Source of the DNA: Erysipelothrix sp.
GTDB taxonomy: Bacteria > Bacillota_I > Bacilli_A > Erysipelotrichales > Erysipelotrichaceae
Direction: 5' to 3'
DNA: 51,490 nucleotides
NCBI GenBank assembly: GCA_012728555.1
Contig: JAAYEW010000054.1
Location: 1 to 51,490, forward strand
A model generated the notes under the pieces. The model saw only the letters and a program-made list of their open reading frames with translations, made no database searches and had not been told where the DNA came from. The stretch's first letter is position 1, and each line of letters opens with the position of its first letter. Of this stretch, positions 10,675-19,400 are shown in pieces. The position numbers were made by a program, and so were the translations under genes.

Positions 10675-11227
10675 AACTAATAGCTGTCTTTATTTGTCTT
10701 GTTAAATCGAGTTCTCTTTTTAGAAAATATCCTACCATAACTACAACAACAAGAATTTGTATAATTCTTAACCACAAGTCCATGGTAGGACTTAAAGTAT
10801 CTATAACAATTAAGATGCCATACATAAATACAAAAGCTAGTTTGTAACGATTGAAACTACGTAACTCTTTTATGGTTGATTTTTGATTAATTGTTTTCAA
10901 TGTCTCTGGTGATGTTTTCGCAAGAGCTTTTTCTTTAAAAAAGAGTCGATAAAAGAAAAACTTTATTAACCCATAGACTACTGATGCAACCCCAAACCCT
11001 ACAAGAGTACGATAATCTTTTAAAACGCCAGTGAATAAAATCCATACTAAGTAAAAAAAGATGATTGATAGAAAAAAAGCGAGATGATTCACTTTTATCC
11101 ATTTGTGGTCTTTGTCTGATATTTGATATGCTTGTTGATGATGTTTGTCATAATAGATGGTCCGTCGTTTATTATCCCTAATAATGCCGAAACTAGCATC
11201 AACTGCTTTCTGATTTACTTCTCTCAT
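10673..11227 (-). CDS. Hypothetical membrane protein (about 4 TM helices)
   Basis: Hydrophobic segments such as 'LAFFLSIIFFYLVWILFTGVL' and 'LVGFGVASVVYGLIKFFFY'. I prefer the ATG at 11227 (RBS AAAGGAAAAGGA) over the one at 11257. Confidence 0.55.
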   Translation of the reverse strand: MREVNQKAVDASFGIIRDNKRRTIYYDKHHQQAYQISDKDHKWIKVNHLAFFLSIIFFYLVWILFTGVLKDYRTLVGFGVASVVYGLIKFFFYRLFFKEKALAKTSPETLKTINQKSTIKELRSFNRYKLAFVFMYGILIVIDTLSPTMDLWLRIIQILVVVVMVGYFLKRELDLTRQIKTAIS

Positions 11228-11279
11228 AATCCTTTTCCTTTCGTGAGTATTATACACTAAAATATGCTAGACTTATATC

Positions 11280-11915
11280 ATGAAACGGAAAGTAATTTAT
11301 CAAAAAAGAAAATCGATTAGTTTACAAGTTATCAATGAAACGTTAGTCATTAAGGTCCCTTACAATATAAAGATGGAACTTGTTGACTCTTTTATTTCAA
11401 AGAAACAGAAGTGGTTAGATAAGCAGTACGAACTAAACAAGAGATTTCAATTGTTTCTTGATAAGCCAGTCAATATCTTAGGGGAGTGGTATCCGATTGT
11501 TTTAAGAGACGGTAAATTTTCAATCGAACTTATTAATAATCAGATAATCATCATTAAACCAAAATCATTAAGCGAAGAAGCAACAGTACAAAGACTAAGA
11601 AAGTATTTGAATAATCAGCTAGAATTACTAATTCAAGAGGCAATCGATGAGTGTCACCTCAAGAAGGAATTTGAGTATAATGAACTAAAAATAAAAAAGT
11701 TAACAGCTTCCTGGGGCAATTGTTCCAGTAAAAAGCGATTAACTTTTTCAACTCGATTGATACATACGTCCTTACCATTTATTCACGCTATCGTTTGTCA
11801 TGAAGTAAGTCACTTGTTTGAAATGAATCATTCCAAACAATTTTATGACTGTTTACAGTACTTTTGCCCAACCTACAAACAAGATATTATTGAATTTACT
11901 CGTCCCACAATTTAA
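11280..11915 (+). CDS. YgjP/DUF45-family (M48-like) metallopeptidase
   Basis: 'HEVSHLFEMNHSKQFY' is the HExxH...NHS motif typical of DUF45 proteins. Confidence 0.8.
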   Translation: MKRKVIYQKRKSISLQVINETLVIKVPYNIKMELVDSFISKKQKWLDKQYELNKRFQLFLDKPVNILGEWYPIVLRDGKFSIELINNQIIIIKPKSLSEEATVQRLRKYLNNQLELLIQEAIDECHLKKEFEYNELKIKKLTASWGNCSSKKRLTFSTRLIHTSLPFIHAIVCHEVSHLFEMNHSKQFYDCLQYFCPTYKQDIIEFTRPTI

Positions 11916-13521
11916 AGACAGTTGGATCTTGTGGGTCAATATAAATTGTTTTGTATTCATTCATCGGAACCATCCCCATGTTTGATTGTGGAATCTTTTT
12001 GAGATGTTTCACCTGTGTGTAATTGACCTTAACACTACTAGATAGTTGATATTTCGAATAAAAGGCAGCGAGATTCGCTCCGAAACGAAGCAGTGGTTCA
12101 TTGAGTTCATCAGCATCACAAATAACATGTGCACCACTACCATCTCCAATGTGAAACCACCAATTTTTCTTATTCGCAAACTTAAAGGTTAAGAAATCAT
12201 TTTCAATATTTGATTTTCCATAATAAAAATTGGTGCCTTGATAAACAAGATGGTTAACATTAATCTTGTCTTGTTGTTTTTTCTTCTTTGGTTGGACTTT
12301 GATACGAAGTAGTCCAGACTGAATCATCTCGTTTTGGATTTCAGTAGCATCTTGTATAGTAGCATTATTTAGTTGAAACAGAAGGTTTTCTAAATAGTTA
12401 ATTTGTTGTTGGTTTTCAACAATCTGTTTTTCTAGATAACCAATCCCTGTCTTCAGTTTTCGATATTTTTGAAAATATTTCTGAGCATTTTGGTACCCAG
12501 TCAATGTTTCGTTTAGTGGAATTGTCACCAAATTATTATCAAAATCATGGATTACAAATTCTTTTTGCCCTTTAATAATCGTGTCTCCGTAGGTTAATAA
12601 TAAATCCCCCATGTCTTTATAATCTGTGTAATTTCTTGATTCGAGTAATTGGATTTTTAGTTTTGGTGTTTTTGATTGTTGCCGTTTCAGTTCGCGCTTC
12701 ACAATCTTAACTAAATTACCAACATGTTGTTTAATTCGAGCATCATTAACACTTTTTTCATAAACAAGTTCTAATCCTCTCATCAATGGATAACTAGTTG
12801 TTGGTAGATTAAGGTGTTTGAGTTCAAGGTTATGAAACTCTAGATTGCTACTTACTACCAGTGAATGATTATTCTTGAGGGAAGACATAATTTCATCAAA
12901 AGATTCATTAAGGTGCCGGATTCGATAGTCAACCTCTCTTGCTAGAAGAGGTGAGAATCCATGGAACTGGCTAACTAGTGAACCATCTAAGTCTGGACTG
13001 GATTCTTCAAATGGATTCTTTTTCTCTTGTATGTCTGGATAGTTATAGTCTGCGCCTGTAAAGATAATTCGTTTTGTATTCTCATAAGGAGCAATACGAT
13101 GAAAAGCATCGACAATTTTTGATTGATCATTGACTAAAATAACATTGGCATATTTGCCCATTAATTCAAAGATTAAGCGAAGCTCGACAACATCTCCTAA
13201 ATCATTTCGGTTTGTAATCTTCCATTCAATGACGCGATCTAAACCGATTTGTTGTGATGATTGTATAATACCGTTCTCGCAATACTTTCTAAGAAGCATA
13301 ATAAAATGAGTGGGTTCACTACTTCGAGTTAATGATTCAGTTGTAATAAGGAGACGATTTGAAATCGAATCTGTTGAAACAAGTAAATTAAACTTTGTTT
13401 GATTAAAACACTCAAAGACGATTTCGTGTTGAGCTATCTGTGATATTTTATTGATACGAAGAGGTAAAGTCTCTTGTATCATTGAATTGATATTTTGTAA
13501 AATAATTCCATCTAAAGCCAT
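11896..13521 (-). CDS. rqcH: NFACT-family ribosome quality-control protein RqcH (FbpA/YloA-like)
   Basis: N-terminus 'MALDGIILQNI...INKISQ', a coiled-coil middle and C-terminal 'WFHIGDGSGAHVI'. Its position next to gmk matches B. subtilis yloA. Confidence 0.85.
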   Translation of the reverse strand: MALDGIILQNINSMIQETLPLRINKISQIAQHEIVFECFNQTKFNLLVSTDSISNRLLITTESLTRSSEPTHFIMLLRKYCENGIIQSSQQIGLDRVIEWKITNRNDLGDVVELRLIFELMGKYANVILVNDQSKIVDAFHRIAPYENTKRIIFTGADYNYPDIQEKKNPFEESSPDLDGSLVSQFHGFSPLLAREVDYRIRHLNESFDEIMSSLKNNHSLVVSSNLEFHNLELKHLNLPTTSYPLMRGLELVYEKSVNDARIKQHVGNLVKIVKRELKRQQSKTPKLKIQLLESRNYTDYKDMGDLLLTYGDTIIKGQKEFVIHDFDNNLVTIPLNETLTGYQNAQKYFQKYRKLKTGIGYLEKQIVENQQQINYLENLLFQLNNATIQDATEIQNEMIQSGLLRIKVQPKKKKQQDKINVNHLVYQGTNFYYGKSNIENDFLTFKFANKKNWWFHIGDGSGAHVICDADELNEPLLRFGANLAAFYSKYQLSSSVKVNYTQVKHLKKIPQSNMGMVPMNEYKTIYIDPQDPTVFKLWDE

Positions 13522-13577
13522 AGTTTACCTCGCTTCTCTATTTTAACACAGTCGATTGACATTACCATGGTTTCTGT

Positions 13578-13606
13578 TTGACAAATAAGTGCATGTGCAA
13601 TAGAAT
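13578..13606 (+). promoter_or_regulatory. Candidate SigA promoter of gmk-priA...
   Basis: TTGACA, 17 nt, TAGAAT, about 20 nt upstream of the gmk RBS. Confidence 0.45.
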
Positions 13607-13627
13607 TGAGTAAAGGTTGGTGAATCA

Positions 13628-14200
13628 ATGAAAAAGGGGTTATTAATTGTCTTTAGTGGTCCAAGTGGGGTAGGAAAAGGAACGATTCGTGATTTATTCA
13701 TACATCGTGAAGAGTTGAATTTAGCCTTTTCGATATCAATGACAACCCGAAAACCACGTGCCAAAGAAGTCGATAAACGAGATTATTTCTTTGTGACTCG
13801 TGAAGAATTTGAAGAGCAAATTAAGCAAGATGCTTTTCTAGAGTATGCAGAGTTTGTTGGTTCTTATTATGGAACCCCTAAAGCATATGTTGAAGAACTT
13901 AGGAATCAAGGAAAAAATGTACTACTAGAAATAGAAGTTCAAGGGGCACTTCAAGTCCAAGAGAAAGTCGATGATGCCTTAAGTATCTTTATTGTCCCAC
14001 CAAGTTTTGAGGAACTAGAACGTCGCATTCGTGGAAGACGTAGTGAACCTGAAGAAATCATTCAACAACGACTTGCTAAGGCGAGTAGAGAACTTGAAAT
14101 GATGGGTCAATATAAATATATCATTTGTAATGATGATCCACAATTAGCAGCTGATCTTACAGCTTTAATTATTAAACGACACATACAGACAGCTCAATAA
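13628..14200 (+). CDS. gmk: Guanylate kinase
   Basis: 'GPSGVGKGT' P-loop and 'TTRKPR'. Confidence 0.95.
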   Translation: MKKGLLIVFSGPSGVGKGTIRDLFIHREELNLAFSISMTTRKPRAKEVDKRDYFFVTREEFEEQIKQDAFLEYAEFVGSYYGTPKAYVEELRNQGKNVLLEIEVQGALQVQEKVDDALSIFIVPPSFEELERRIRGRRSEPEEIIQQRLAKASRELEMMGQYKYIICNDDPQLAADLTALIIKRHIQTAQ

Positions 14201-14223
14201 TTTGGGCTGTTTTTAGGAGAAAT

Positions 14224-16365
14224 ATGATTTTAGTCGATGTCTACACCCAACATCCTATCTTAGGCAATCAAACTTTAACCTATAGCCACAGTTCATTCCT
14301 AAAAAGAGGTATACGCTGTTGGGTAGAGCTTGTTAACAAAAAGATTGTTGGTTTTGTTGCGCGAAGTTATGAAGGAGAAGTGGATTTTGATGTAAAACCA
14401 ATCGTATCAATCATCGATCAGTCCCCGATTCTCAATGAAGAGTTGCATCAATTAGCAATACAAATGAGTTATCAAACCTTATCACCAATCATTCGTTGTT
14501 TTCAAGCAATACTACCAAATCAATTGCGTCCTAAAAGTAACCATAAAACAATACAAACCATCGATTATGTTCGGGTAAAAGATAAAACACTTTATCAAAC
14601 AAAACGACAACGACAAGTCTTAGAAGATTTAAGTCAATATGACTCATTTAATTATTCCAGTGCCTTAAAAAAATACAAAAGTGTGCTAAAGAATCTGATT
14701 GATAATGGAGCTATAGAACGTTTCAGTAAAGTAAAAGAATATGTTGAGAAAGATATCGATGTTCAAAGTCAAAATCATCGACTTACAAAGTCCCAACAAC
14801 AAGCTTTAGACGCAGTTATTTTAAATGAAAGCAAGACGTATCTTCTTTTTGGTGCGACTGGTTCTGGTAAAACAGAAGTGTATTTACAACTTGCTTCTAA
14901 AGTTCTACAAAACAAAAAACAAGTATTAATTCTAGTTCCTGAGATTAGTTTAACTCCTCAAATGATTGAACGTTTTCAATTACGATTTGGTCAAGATATT
15001 GGAATATATCACTCTGGTTTAAATGATCAAGAAAAATATGAACAATACTTACGCGTCAAAAACAACGAAGTCTCTATTGTCGTTGGGACACGTTCTTGCT
15101 CGTTTTTACCATTTGATAATTTAGGCCTAATTGTTATGGATGAAGAACACGATCCCTCATTTAAACAAGAGAGTGTGCCATTCTATCATGCTCTTGATGT
15201 TTGTTTATGGAGAAGTCAGTATCACAACTGTCCACTCATGCTAGGTTCAGCGACGCCGTCGTTAGAATCTTATGCGAAAGCTTATAAAGGAGTTTACAAG
15301 TTGTTGACCTTGCCAAAGAGAATAAATGATAATTTACCAGAAATAACAATTGTAGATACGAGTAAAAACTTAAGAAAACTCGAATATGAAGTATTAAGTC
15401 AAGAGTTAAAGAAAGCGATTGAAGAAACACTGGCTCGGAAAGAACAAATCATCCTACTGTTGAATCGTCGTTCTTACTCGCCAATAGTACAATGTGAAAA
15501 TTGCTTAGAAGTATTGATGTGTCCTGATTGTGACACTGCTCTTAGCTATCATAAAGATAATCATCTGTACCAGTGCCACACCTGTGGATATCAACAACAA
15601 GACGACAGTTGTCCAAAATGTCATCATCGAGCTTCTTTGCGTAAAGGTTTAGGGACACAACGACTTGAAGAAATTGTTAGTCAACAGTTTCCTCACGCAA
15701 AAGTATCTCGAATGGATGCCGATACAACCCGACTAAAAAATGCACATTTCAAGATACTGGATGATTTTACAGCTCATCGAACTGATATTCTAATTGGTAC
15801 TCAAATGATTGCGAAAGGATTAGATATCCCCAATGTCACCTTGGTTGCAATACTTAAAGCAGATTCTGCATTGTATCATGAAGATTTTTCTAGTTCTGAA
15901 CAAGCTTTCTCTTTAATTCTACAAGCATCAGGAAGAGCAGGACGACACGATAAACAAGGGCATGTAATTATTCAAAGTTTTAGTAGTGATCACTATGCAC
16001 TTCAATATGCTCTTTACCAAAATTATTTAGGTTTTTTTAATCAAGAGATGAAATACAGACAAAGCGGACAGTACCCCCCGTATGTTTACATGAGTGAAAT
16101 TTTGTTTAGTCATACAAATAAAGATAAAGCACTTGAAGTTGCGGATCTGTTTGGGGTTGAGTACAGAAAGAATAATACTTTAAAAGTATTGGGACCGGTT
16201 GCTATTCGTAAATTAGCTAAAATTGAGAGAGTAAGAATAGTCGTTAAATCAAAGAATTTTGAACAGATGATTCAAGTATTAACAACGATTCACTCTTTAA
16301 AAGAGAATAAACTGAAAGGGGTCAAAGTAGTTTACAATGTTAAACCACTTCACTTAACGACATGA
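14224..16365 (+). CDS. priA: Primosomal protein N' (replication restart helicase PriA)
   Basis: 'GATGSGKTEVY', 'DEEHD' and a Cys-rich zinc insertion 'CENC...CPDC...CHTC...CPKC'. Confidence 0.93.
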   Translation: MILVDVYTQHPILGNQTLTYSHSSFLKRGIRCWVELVNKKIVGFVARSYEGEVDFDVKPIVSIIDQSPILNEELHQLAIQMSYQTLSPIIRCFQAILPNQLRPKSNHKTIQTIDYVRVKDKTLYQTKRQRQVLEDLSQYDSFNYSSALKKYKSVLKNLIDNGAIERFSKVKEYVEKDIDVQSQNHRLTKSQQQALDAVILNESKTYLLFGATGSGKTEVYLQLASKVLQNKKQVLILVPEISLTPQMIERFQLRFGQDIGIYHSGLNDQEKYEQYLRVKNNEVSIVVGTRSCSFLPFDNLGLIVMDEEHDPSFKQESVPFYHALDVCLWRSQYHNCPLMLGSATPSLESYAKAYKGVYKLLTLPKRINDNLPEITIVDTSKNLRKLEYEVLSQELKKAIEETLARKEQIILLLNRRSYSPIVQCENCLEVLMCPDCDTALSYHKDNHLYQCHTCGYQQQDDSCPKCHHRASLRKGLGTQRLEEIVSQQFPHAKVSRMDADTTRLKNAHFKILDDFTAHRTDILIGTQMIAKGLDIPNVTLVAILKADSALYHEDFSSSEQAFSLILQASGRAGRHDKQGHVIIQSFSSDHYALQYALYQNYLGFFNQEMKYRQSGQYPPYVYMSEILFSHTNKDKALEVADLFGVEYRKNNTLKVLGPVAIRKLAKIERVRIVVKSKNFEQMIQVLTTIHSLKENKLKGVKVVYNVKPLHLTT

Positions 16366-17585
16366 TAAATAGTCGATTCATTGCATATAAAATCCTAGAA
16401 GCAACACTTCTTAAAAACCAATACACAAATCTAGCTCTTAAAAACCTTCAAACCAATCCACAAGACACTCGTTTTATAACAAAGTTGGTGTATACCTCGT
16501 TACAGAATTATGAGAGTTTGTTGTTTCAAAGTTCAGAATACCTCACTAAACCTGTCTCAAAACAAGCAGAGATTCTTTTGGTAATGGGCAATTGCCAACA
16601 TTATAAGATGGATAGTATACAAGATTACGCAATTGTCAATGAAATGGTTAATTTAGCAAAAAGAGTTGCACCAGGGTATCAAGGACTTATTAATGCGGTC
16701 CTTAAAAAAACCTTTACTAAGCCTTATCGATTAAGTCAAACAGAAAATGAAATAATGAATTTATCGATTAATACATCGACACCGCAATGGATTGCTTCAT
16801 TACTGGTTTCTCAGTACGGACAAGAAATTGCAGAAAAGATTTTGGCTCACAATCAAACAGAGGCTCCCCTCTATGTGAGAGTCAATCCCCTTAAAGCGAC
16901 TGAAACGGAAATAATAGAGAATTATCCAGTCATAAAAGTGGGAGATTATTTTGTTGGGCAACAGTCTTTATTAAAAAGTGATGCACTCTCTTTAGGTCTA
17001 GCTGTTATTCAAGATAAAACTTCTCAAAAAATCTGCACGTTGTTTGACTTAACTGGTTCAAAACGAGTTCTTGATGCTTGCAGTGCCCCAGGAACGAAAA
17101 CAAGTCAATTAGCGACCATGGTTTCCCAAGGAGAGATTGTTGCTGTAGAGCTCCATGAACATCGGTCAAAGCTTGTTATTGATCTAATGAAACGATTATC
17201 TATCAACAATGTCACAACCATTACCAGTGATATCTTAGAGATAACCTTTGATCAACAGTTTGATGCCATTTTATGTGATGTTCCATGTTCAGGACTAGGA
17301 GTCTTACGTCGTAAACCGGATTTGAAATATAGGTTGTCACAAAACGATTTAGATACATTACAAGACTTGCAGAAGAAAATCTTGAATCATGTTAGTTTGT
17401 TTCTAAAAGTTAATGGACAACTTGTTTATTCAACCTGTACACTAAATCGTAAAGAGAATGAAAAACAAATAGCGAGCTTTTTAAAGGAGAACCAAAACTA
17501 TCGTCTCATACATGAAGAAACAGTATTAGGATATAGAGAAAATAGTGATGGGTTCTATATGGCAAAGCTCATAAAAGTTGCTTAA
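16362..17585 (+). CDS. rsmB: 16S rRNA (cytosine967-C5)-methyltransferase RsmB
   Basis: NusB-like N-domain, 'DACSAPGTKT' and 'DVPCSGLGVLRRKPD'. Confidence 0.9.
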   Translation: MINSRFIAYKILEATLLKNQYTNLALKNLQTNPQDTRFITKLVYTSLQNYESLLFQSSEYLTKPVSKQAEILLVMGNCQHYKMDSIQDYAIVNEMVNLAKRVAPGYQGLINAVLKKTFTKPYRLSQTENEIMNLSINTSTPQWIASLLVSQYGQEIAEKILAHNQTEAPLYVRVNPLKATETEIIENYPVIKVGDYFVGQQSLLKSDALSLGLAVIQDKTSQKICTLFDLTGSKRVLDACSAPGTKTSQLATMVSQGEIVAVELHEHRSKLVIDLMKRLSINNVTTITSDILEITFDQQFDAILCDVPCSGLGVLRRKPDLKYRLSQNDLDTLQDLQKKILNHVSLFLKVNGQLVYSTCTLNRKENEKQIASFLKENQNYRLIHEETVLGYRENSDGFYMAKLIKVA

Positions 17586-17613
17586 AGTGTGGTATTATAT
17601 ATTGGGTGAACAA

Positions 17614-18657
17614 ATGAAACGATTAATTGAAAACTATACACACGATGAATTAAAACAAGAAATGATAGCGATAGGGGAGAAACCTTTTCGGGCAAAACAA
17701 TTAGCAACCTGGATCTATCAAAAAAGAGTGGATAGCTTTTTTGATATGAGTGATATATCGAAGGTATCTCAACAACGACTGGATGAACTTTTTCAACTCA
17801 GTACTTTAACTTTACACACGTGTCAAATCTCAAAGGATAAAACTCGTAAATATTTATTTAAAACAGTGGATAACCACTTTATAGAAACTGTGCTGATGGT
17901 TCATGACTACGGGTATTCAGTTTGTGTAACATCCCAAATCGGTTGTAACATGGGTTGCGCTTTTTGTGCATCAGGACTTTTGAAAAAGAAACGAAATTTA
18001 GAAACAGCTGAAATCGTGGATCAAGTTCTTCAAGTACAAAAGGACATTGATAAGGATGAGATGAGAGTTAGCAATATTGTTGTTATGGGAATTGGTGAAC
18101 CATTTGATAATTATGATAATGTAATGAAATTTGTCAAAATAGTCAATAATGACAATATGCTAGGTATCGGAGCGCGTCATATTACAATTTCGACGTGTGG
18201 TCTTGCTGATAAAATTCGAAAGTTTGCTGACGAAAACACTCAAGTTAACTTAGCGATATCACTCCATGCGCCAAATGACAAACTAAGGTCGTCCATTATG
18301 CCAATTAATCAAGCGTTTCCACTAGCTGAATTGTTTGAGTCCTTGCACTATTATTTAGCTAAGAATTCTAGACGATTAACGTTTGAATATATTTTATTAA
18401 AAGATGTTAACGACACTCTGGAGCATGCGAAACAACTCGCTGATTTAGTAGGCGGGATGAATGCTTACATTAATCTTATTCCTTATAACCCGGTCGATGA
18501 GCATAGTTTTAGCCAAAGTGATTTCAAACAATCGATGCGTTTTTATGATTATTTGATGAAACGTAAAATCCAGTGTACACTTCGAAAAGAACATGGCGCA
18601 GATATTGATGCTGCTTGTGGTCAATTACGTATAAAAGTAGAGAAAGGAACAAACTAA
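17614..18657 (+). CDS. rlmN: Radical SAM 23S rRNA/tRNA A2503/A37 C2-methyltransferase RlmN
   Basis: 'CNMGCAFCASG' radical SAM cluster and 'GEPFDN'. ATG at 17614 preferred over the upstream alternative start. Confidence 0.93.
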   Translation: MKRLIENYTHDELKQEMIAIGEKPFRAKQLATWIYQKRVDSFFDMSDISKVSQQRLDELFQLSTLTLHTCQISKDKTRKYLFKTVDNHFIETVLMVHDYGYSVCVTSQIGCNMGCAFCASGLLKKKRNLETAEIVDQVLQVQKDIDKDEMRVSNIVVMGIGEPFDNYDNVMKFVKIVNNDNMLGIGARHITISTCGLADKIRKFADENTQVNLAISLHAPNDKLRSSIMPINQAFPLAELFESLHYYLAKNSRRLTFEYILLKDVNDTLEHAKQLADLVGGMNAYINLIPYNPVDEHSFSQSDFKQSMRFYDYLMKRKIQCTLRKEHGADIDAACGQLRIKVEKGTN

Positions 18658-18659
18658 CT

Positions 18660-19400
18660 ATGAAAATACTTGGTAATACTCAAATTGGTTTAGTGCGTTC
18701 TAGCAACCAAGATCGCTTTGTTATTAAAGAAAATACTGAACTTGATGTTTATGGATTGATAGTATTAGATGGTGTTGGAGGAGCACAAGCAGGAGATGTG
18801 GCTTCATCAATGATTGCTGATGGTTTTTCGCTAGCTTTTGATGCTTTAGAAAGACAACACAGTTTACAAGCTTATCAAAAATGGGCAGTTAAATTAATTA
18901 GCGAGTTAAATCTTGATTTATACAAAGCTTCTCATGGTAACAATGGGTTTTCTGGAATGGCTACAACATGCATCTTTGCGTTGCTAACACCATTTGGAGA
19001 TTTCTATATTAATATTGGGGATTCAAGATTGTATAAACTAGATCATCGACAACGATTGGTTCAGTTAAGTACCGATCATTCTTTAGTCAATGATCTTGTC
19101 ATAAAAGGAGAATTGACTATTAAAGAAGCTCAAAATCATCCTGCCAAACATGCTGTTACTAATGCTGTAGGGATTTACATGAAAGCACGTTTTGATCTTG
19201 CAGAAATCATCCTTCCTTATAACATGTTACTTTTATGTACCGATGGTTTGTCGGGATATGTTGAACACGAAATTATTGAAGCAATTTTAAAAGAAAACAT
19301 TAGTTTAGAAGAAAAAATAGAAAAGTTAAATAAAGAGGTTATTCAGAGTGGTGCTTATGATAACTTTACCTTTATTTTAGTGGAGAATCGTCATGGATAA
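18660..19400 (+). CDS. prpC: PP2C-family Ser/Thr phosphatase
   Basis: 'DGVGGAQAGDVAS' and 'CTDGLS'. The ATG at 18660 is 2 nt after the rlmN stop. It is paired with the downstream Hanks kinase. Confidence 0.9.
   Translation: MKILGNTQIGLVRSSNQDRFVIKENTELDVYGLIVLDGVGGAQAGDVASSMIADGFSLAFDALERQHSLQAYQKWAVKLISELNLDLYKASHGNNGFSGMATTCIFALLTPFGDFYINIGDSRLYKLDHRQRLVQLSTDHSLVNDLVIKGELTIKEAQNHPAKHAVTNAVGIYMKARFDLAEIILPYNMLLLCTDGLSGYVEHEIIEAILKENISLEEKIEKLNKEVIQSGAYDNFTFILVENRHG

Noticed and set aside
13543-13764. A 73-aa minus-strand ORF spanning the rqcH-gmk intergenic region and the gmk start.
   Set aside because: It overlaps the well-supported gmk P-loop region in antisense and covers the predicted gmk promoter. 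It has no RBS and no motif.
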